The notes below the pieces were generated by a model. That model saw only the letters and a list, made by a program, of their open reading frames with translations, was not told the DNA's origin and did not search any database. A program made the position numbers and the translations under genes. From NCBI RefSeq assembly GCF_009914755.1, contig NC_060947.1: a stretch of DNA of 64,000 nt; one strand, written 5' to 3'. Every line of letters begins with the position of its first letter. Positions within the stretch are counted from its first letter, which is position 1. The stretch comes from the human T2T-CHM13v2.0 reference genome, Homo sapiens. Below, one piece after another: positions 56,671-64,000 of this stretch.

Positions 56671-57714
56671 AACCCCCCCACCCAAAAAAACAACCTTACA
56701 GCTAACATCATAGTTAATGAAGACAGAATGCTTTTCTCCTAAGATCAGGAAGAAGGTAAGGATGTCCACTCTCACCATTGCTACTAACTATATTACTCTT
56801 AAGTTTTAACTAGTATGAGGTATAGGGAGGGACATAGCAATACTAAACATGCATAATAAACAGAGCTGAAAATATCGGAAGCAAAACCTGACATAACTTA
56901 AAGGAGAAACAGACAAATTCACAATTATAGTTGGAGACTTTTCTTGCAGCAAGACAAGAAAAGGAAACAAACAGCATACAGATCATAAAAGAAGAAATAA
57001 AACTATCCCTCCTTGTGGATAGTACAATGATCTACTTAGAAAATCCCCAGAAATCTATAAAACAAACTCCTAGAACAAATGAAGTCAGCAAGATTACAGA
57101 CAAAAGATCAACACAAAAATCAATTGCATTTCTATATTTGAGCAATGAACACATGGAAACAAAAATTAAAAATACAGTAACATTTACAATAACTCAAAAA
57201 GAGAAATACCTGGGTGTAAATCTAACAAAAGATCTACAGGACCTGTATACTGAAAACTACAAAACACTGATGGAAGAAATCAAAGATCAACTAATGGAGA
57301 CATACACTGTGTTCACTGATCAGAAAACAATAAAGTTATCAATTCTCTGCTGCTAAAAGTATTACAGTTGAAAAATGATATCAATTCTCTACAAATTAGT
57401 AATAGGTTTAATACAATACCTATTAAAATTATTGCAAAACTTTTGTAGGTCTAGACAAGATTATTCTAAAATTCATATAAAAATAGCTAAAACAATCTGT
57501 GAAAGGTAGAACAAAGTGGGAAGAATCATTCAATGTGATATTAAGGCTTAGTACACAGCTACAGTAATCAAGACTATGTAGTAATGATGCAGAGAAAGAC
57601 ATATGGAATAAAGGAATAGAATAGCAAACTGAAAAACAGCCCAAAACAAGTATAGCCAACTGATTTTTCACAAAGGTGCAAAACCAATTCAGTAAAGGAA
57701 GTATGGTTTTTTCT

Positions 57715-57993
57715 TCGTTCTTTTTTTTTTTTGAGACAGTGTCTTCCTCTGTTACCCAGGCTGGAGTGAAGTGGTACAATCATGGCTCACTGCAGCCTCG
57801 ACCTCCTGATCTCAAGTGATCCTCCCACATCAGCCTCCAGAGTAGCTGGGAGTACTGGTGTGCATCACCATGCCTGGGTATTTTTTTTTTTTTAGAGACA
57901 GGGTCTCGCTGTGATGCTCAGGCTGGTCTTGAATTCCTGGGCTCAGCCTCCCAAACCACTAGGATTACAAGTATGAGCCACTGTGCACTGCCA
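57715..57993 (-). mobile_element. AluJ-like
   Basis: Reverse Alu dimer with a small deletion. Confidence 0.88.
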
Positions 57994-59731
57994 CAGATAG
58001 TTTTTTTCAACAAATGATGCTGCAGCAATTGAACATCCACAGCCAAAAATATGAACCTTTAAACTTCACACCTTATACAAAAATTAACTCAATACAACAT
58101 GGACTTAAACATAAAAGGTAAAATTATAAAACTTGTAAAATACAACACAGGACAAAGTCTTCAAGACCTAGGGCTTTGAGGAAGAGTTCTTAGACTTGAC
58201 ATCAGAACCATGATCAAAACAAAGAAACAAACATTGACAAACTAGATTTCATCAAAATTAAAATCTTTGTTCTCTGAAAGACCCTGTGAAGGGGATGAAA
58301 AGACAAGCCATAAACTGGCAGGAAGTATTTGCAAACCATATATCTGACAAAGGACACATATCTAGATTATATAAAGAACTCTCAAAACCCTACAATAAAA
58401 AAACAAGCAATCCAATAAGAAAATGGACAAAAAGACATAAAGAGATTTTCACCCAAGAGGATATACAATATTTGATGGCAAATAAACACATAAGATGTTC
58501 AATATAACTGGTTGTCAGGGAACTGCAAATTAAGACCACAATAAGATACCACTACATACCTATCAGAACTCCTAAAATAAAAAACAGTGATAATAGCAAA
58601 TGCTGGTGAGGATGTAGAGAAACTTGATTTCTCACACACTGCTTGGTAGGACTATAAAATGGTACAGCCATTCTAATTAAGAGTTTGGCAGTTTCCTAAA
58701 AAAGTACTTACCATATGACCTAGCCACAGCATACCTGGGCATTTATCCTAGAGAAATGAAAACTTAGGTCCACACAAAAAGCTGGAACACAGTGTTCACA
58801 GCAGCTTTAGTTATAATAGCCAAACCTGGACAAAATGAAAATGTCCTGCAATAAGTGAATGATTAAACATCTGTGGTACATCCATCCCATAGAATACTAC
58901 TCTGTAATAAAAAGGAACAAACTATTGATACATGTGACAACTTGGATGGAACTCAAGGGCATTATGCTGACTGAAAAAAGCCAATCTCAAGAGGTCACAT
59001 ATAGAGAATGATACCATTTATATGACAGTCTTAATATGATAAAATAATAGAGATGGAGCATAAATTAGTCATTGTCAGGGGTTAAGGTTAGTGACAAGGT
59101 TGGCAGTAAAAATGGGTGTGACTATAAAAGGGTAGTGAGAGAGAGCGAGCTTTGTGGTGATGGAATATTTCTGTATCTTGATTGTGTATATGTGGAAAAA
59201 AAGATATATGCAAACATTGAAACACTGTCAACTTCTTAGTTTTGATATTGAAATATAAGATTTAACCATTGGGGAAAATTAGGTAAAGGGTTCACAGGAC
59301 CTCTCTGTACTTGCAAGTTCAGGTGAATCTATAATCATTTCTAAATTAAAAGAGAAACAAACCAAAAATAGTATCAAGCTAACGAGGCACTCTGAGACTG
59401 CTGAAAACTACTTCCAGGTCACACAAAACAACAACGTTACAAATGGTCATTATCTTAAAGTTTATTTTAATGTGTCTTTCAGATTGCTTTGGCATAAACA
59501 AGGATTATATTTATATCCTATTTACTGAAAATTACTGAGTCATGAAAAATTAGAATTTACAGAGATATAATCTAAAACATTTGTGGATTTTTTCCTTGCT
59601 CTTTTCATTTTGTTTTTTGTTTCATTTTCTGTTTGTTTGTGCATTTTGAGAGACAGCATAACATCTGTGGATTTCATGTGTATGGGTTCAGCTACTCAAG
59701 AGCAACTCCCCAAATCCATAATATACATGTA

Positions 59732-59979
59732 CAGGTTGAACAGCCCAAATCTGTAAGTCTGAAATCCTAAATTCACCAAACTCCAAAACTTTTTGAGTGC
59801 CAACGTAACACTCGAAGAAAATGCTCATTGGGGCATTTTGGATTTAGATTTTCAGATTTGGTATGCTCAACAGGTAAGAATATAATACAAATATTCAAAA
59901 ATCTGAAAAAAATCCCATATCTGAAATTCTTCGGGTCCCTAGCACCCCCAAGCATTTTGGATAAGAAATACTCAACCAG
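59732..59979. mobile_element. Tigger4 (Zombi)-like MITE
   Basis: TA-flanked imperfect TIRs caggttgaaca... / ...tactcaaccag; internal aaatgctcattggggcattttggattt. Confidence 0.8.
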
Positions 59980-60646
59980 TATATGCCTGAAGCATGAATT
60001 TGAATGACATGCTTTTTGGCATATGTTTAGGGGTAATTCACTAGTGAGTAAGCCAAGCTGACAGCTCAACATCTACATTTCAATGTTTTTCCCTACTAGT
60101 CATCAAGTATAAATGTCACGTGACAGATTATATGCCTCTGTCGTATTTTAAAATTTGGGAAACCTAGCAAGCCAAAGGTTTAGATTATGTTTGAGAAATT
60201 TGAGTTACTCAATAAAATTACTTCTTCACACTCATGTACAAATAATAATTTGTTTAAACATGAAAAACACAGAATATAAAAATGTATTTATTCTTTAAAC
60301 AATTATATAATCAATCATATACATTTATAATTTAACTATACTCAAATCATCCCTTTGTAAGCTCTCTTAGGCTACGGGTTTTCAATAATTAATAATCTTC
60401 CTAAAATGTAACTGAAATTTCTCTAGCCTTAAGCCTAGGTCTAGTTCATGATGCTGCTAAAATTAAAACATGTTTTAAACACACAGTATAATATTCTCCA
60501 TAGTTTAAAATATTTATTAAGGCATACTTCAGCCATCTTTCTACTAAACTAACCCCATCTCCTTTATCCTTTTCTTAAATGCCATGCTTTCTTATGTTTG
60601 TGTATGTGTATACGTATGCGTATGTGCATATGTTTAGATGTATGTA

Positions 60647-60960
60647 TAGTCATGTGCCACATAATGTGTTGGTCAATAACAGACAGCATGTACAAAGGCA
60701 ATCTCATAAGAGTATAATACATATTTTTACTGTATCTTTTCTGTTTAGATATGTTACATACACAAATACCATTGTGTTCCAATTGCCTACAGTATTCAGT
60801 ACAGTAACATGCTGTACAGTTTTGCAGCCTAGGAGCAATAAGCTATATCACAGAAAGCCTACTGATGTACAGTACACTCTATGATATTTGCATAGTGACA
60901 AAATTGCCTAATGATGCATTTCTCAGAATGTATACTGGTTGTTAAGCAACATATGACTAT
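60647..60960. mobile_element. Tigger3a/MER7-like MITE
   Basis: TIRs tagtcatgtgccacataa / ttaagcaacatatgacta; internal ttgcctacagtattcagtacagtaacatgctgtaca. Confidence 0.82.
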
Positions 60961-61069
60961 ATATAAAACTTTTTCTTTCCAAATGTAGCTTGATTTTGTC
61001 AATTACTAACAGCTTAAAACAATATCAATACACACACAAATTGCCTTGTATCTACAGTTAATGATATTA

Positions 61070-61740
61070 AAATGGTCAATAAGCACATGAAAAGATGCTC
61101 AACATAATTTATCATTAGGGAATAGCAAATTAAAATCACAAGAGATGCCACTACACATACATTAGAATGAGTAAAATAATTTTTTTAAAAAATGACAATA
61201 CCATGTACAGACAAGAATGTAAGGAAACTGGAACTCTCATACAACTGCGGGTGGGAATGAAAAATTGTACAGTCACTTTGGAAAACTGCTTGATAGTTTC
61301 TTACAAAGATAAATGTACACTTACTATATGACCCAGCAATCACAATCCTAGGCTTTTGTTTCATTTAAGTAAATACTTATGTTCACACAAAAACTTGAAC
61401 ATGAAAGCTTAGAGCAGCTTTGATTTTAATTCCAAAACCTGGAAACAACTCAAATGTCCCTCAAGTGGAAGTAGCTGAACAAACTGTGATATAGCCCTAT
61501 AATGGAAGACTATACAACAATTTTTAAAAATTATTGGTATATGCAACAATGTAAATGATTCTCAAATAAATCTCACTAAGTGAAAGAAGTGAGACTCAAA
61601 AGGCTACAAATTATATGATTCCATAAGTGAATTCAGTGGTTAGGGAGTGATGACACTGTTTTGCAACCTGACTGTACCTTGCATTTGCTAAAAACATTCA
61701 AATACACAATAAAAATAGTGAACTTTATGTAAATTTTAAA
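61070..61740 (+). mobile_element. Ancient L1ME-like 3' fragment
   Basis: aagcacatgaaaagatgctcaaca...tatgacccagcaat...ctaagtgaaagaag. Confidence 0.75.
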
Positions 61741-61785
61741 ATTAATTATTTTAATGTTTCTACATATACAGAAAATTTTTCCTAC

Positions 61786-61894
61786 CTCACATTAGTTTCA
61801 TCATTAAATTCTTCAGCCCACTTCTTCCTTGACTGTGCAGTAGTGGAACCATCTAAACGGTAATAGTCAATGTTTCGAAGCCACTTCCCCTCAC
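61786..61894 (-). CDS. ATRX: ATRX coding exon ~28 (109 bp, phase 1-2), helicase C-lobe
   Basis: tttcag|GTGAGG...GTGAG|gtagg; translates (G)EGKWLRNIDYYRLDGSTTAQSRKKWAEEFNDETNV(R), containing the SNF2 RLDGS motif. Confidence 0.96.
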
Positions 61895-63164
61895 CTGAAA
61901 ATTTAACAAAAGAACACAAAAGGAATTTGATATATCGCTCTGCTTACTGGTAAGAACAGATTTTCCACCTTGCTCATCATTTAAAAGTGGGTTATATATA
62001 TTCTATTTGTATAGCAAAATACATTATATACTTTTCTTAATCAAGGAGTCATTACATTATAAATAAATTAACCACAGATTTCATTCAAATAGATAGTGAT
62101 GAGCACAGGTATTTTTAAAGCCTATTTCATCTACATGAGAATTTCTTAAAAGGGTTTCCTTGATTAGAATCCTTAAAACTGTCAAAAGAATATGATTAAA
62201 CTTACATTTCGCTCATGAGGCATGTTTTAAGTTATATCTGTAAATGGCCACGTTTTTCTCCTTATCAACAACTTGATAATGATCAAATAAAAATGAGAGA
62301 TAAAGAATGCCTTTATTCATTCACTGAACAAATCTTTACTGAATGCCTACTATGTGCCAAAAATTATTCTATGGGGTAGCTGCAAATTTCAGTGTACGTT
62401 TCCATTTCAAATGTGGTGTGTGTGTATGTGTGTGTGTGTGTGTAAAGGAGTACGACTTTATGAGTTAATGATATGACATGTCAATTTTAGACAGTGAGTT
62501 TAAGTTTTTTTTTTCCTTTAATCTACACCAGGAAGAAGTGAGGTGAAATTTTACCCAAGACTTGCATTGATACTAAAATACCAAGAGATTAAGGGCTTAT
62601 GACACTTTTATATTTTATCATACATAATTTCTATTCTAATTATTTAACTGTAAACACAATGCTACTATTTCCAATCCAAGCAAAATTCTATCATGCCCCA
62701 GAGCCTTAAAATAAAACAGTTAACAAAACTGAGATTTACTTATGTCTTTCCAGCAAGCTCTTTAAATTTAGTACATTAGTTAAAAAAAAGATGCTTTTCC
62801 ATGTTTCTTACCTATATCTTCACTGATATAGAAAACCCAGAATTTCCTTGTTAAAAATTCATTAATGCTTATGAAAGTCATTTTATTTATGATTTTTTTT
62901 TCAATTAGAAAAAAAGGCATACACATCCAAGAAAAAAAGAATTTGAGATGGATACTTGCATAAAAAGGTAAGAGGCTGGAGTCACATTTGCATTAATTGT
63001 TCACTTGAACAGGATAATTATTAAAATAAATAATCATAAATGAATGGAAAATGATATGACTATTTTAAAAAGCATTTCAACATACTCACCTTTTATTATA
63101 ATGCAAATGAATATCTCTAATACCACCTCGATGAATCCAACACTTAAAAACTGATAGAGTCATT

Positions 63165-63396
63165 ATAGGTTAGTAGTTAAGAACACAGACTTTGGAGTGA
63201 CACTCCCTGAGTTTAATCTCAGTTTCACCATTTACTAACATTTTCACTTATGGCAAGTAATTAAACTCCTTGTGCCTCAGTTTCTTTATCTGTAAAATGA
63301 AGATAATCAGAGTACCTATTGCATAGGGTTGTTATGAGGATTCAATGAGATAATATTTTAAAAACTACTTAGAATGGTGCCTGTCACATGGTAATT
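63165..63396. mobile_element. MIR
   Basis: gttaagaacacagactttggagt...gtgcctcagtttctttatctgtaaaatg...gttgttatgaggatt...gtgcctg. Confidence 0.85.
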
Positions 63397-64000
63397 AAAA
63401 GCTTACTGAGTTCTTAATATTATCACTCAAGATCCCATGACAAATTACACCTGCCTCTATTATGGCACATAATATATGTGTCTGTTCCTCTTCTACACCA
63501 TGATTTCCTGTAGTACCCCTTAAATCTTGCTCAGTGCTCAATACACAGTGGTAATGGTAATGGTAGTGGTAGTGGTAATAGCAGTAACTCAAAGGCAGAC
63601 CAATCTGATTAGTAAACATTTGCTAAAGATAATTTACAAAATCAGAAATAAACTAGCAAGCATATAAAAGAAGTACAACCCTACTAGTGGTCAAAAAATT
63701 ATTAATGAAAACAATGACAACTGTTTTTACCCATTAAAGATGAAGAAAATGTAGTTACAATACATATTAAGATAAGCATTTTCCATTTATTGATGGTAGT
63801 AAATTGGTATGTTTTTGTAACATAGGCTTTTCAATAATGAAAAACTGCCAGAACATAGAATCTAATAAAATGTATAGTGATAATAGAAAAAAAATATATT
63901 TAAGCTTATATTTAACTACAGTCAAATGTAAAAATACACATATATACTACACATATATATGTTAAAGATATGCCAAAAACTCACTCTAGAAACAAAGAAA

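Noticed and set aside
63548-63586. (GTGGTA/ATGGTA)n giving a His/Tyr-repeat ORF
   Set aside because: Simple repeat, not coding.

Overview
Primate (human-like) genomic DNA covering the 3' part of ATRX (SNF2-family chromatin remodeller; Xq21 in human), transcribed on the minus strand. Seven coding exons are present, all with GT-AG boundaries: 109, 178, 195, 150, 126, 96 and 129 bp. They correspond to exons 28-34 in the usual 35-exon numbering, which I recalled rather than looked up. They encode the helicase C-terminal lobe (SF2 motifs V/VI) and most of the C-terminal tail; the last exon lies beyond coordinate 1. The rest is intronic and dominated by transposons: about 28 kb of LINE-1 antisense to ATRX, about 20 Alu/FLAM copies, MIR/L2, an MLT2 LTR and DNA-transposon relics (MER3, MER5A, Tigger3/4). 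Almost all ORF-track entries are L1, Alu or simple-repeat artefacts. I found no convincing new gene system. Best second-look items: a ~515-bp orphan sequence captured in an L1 3'UTR without TSD, an L1 5'UTR fused to mid-ORF2, a twin-primed L1PA2, a TSD-bounded L1+Alu+homopurine composite, a templated 125-bp duplication, a recursive-splice-like start of exon 28, and candidate poison exons and circRNA-favouring Alu pairs. Repeat subfamily calls and repeat boundaries are by eye and approximate.
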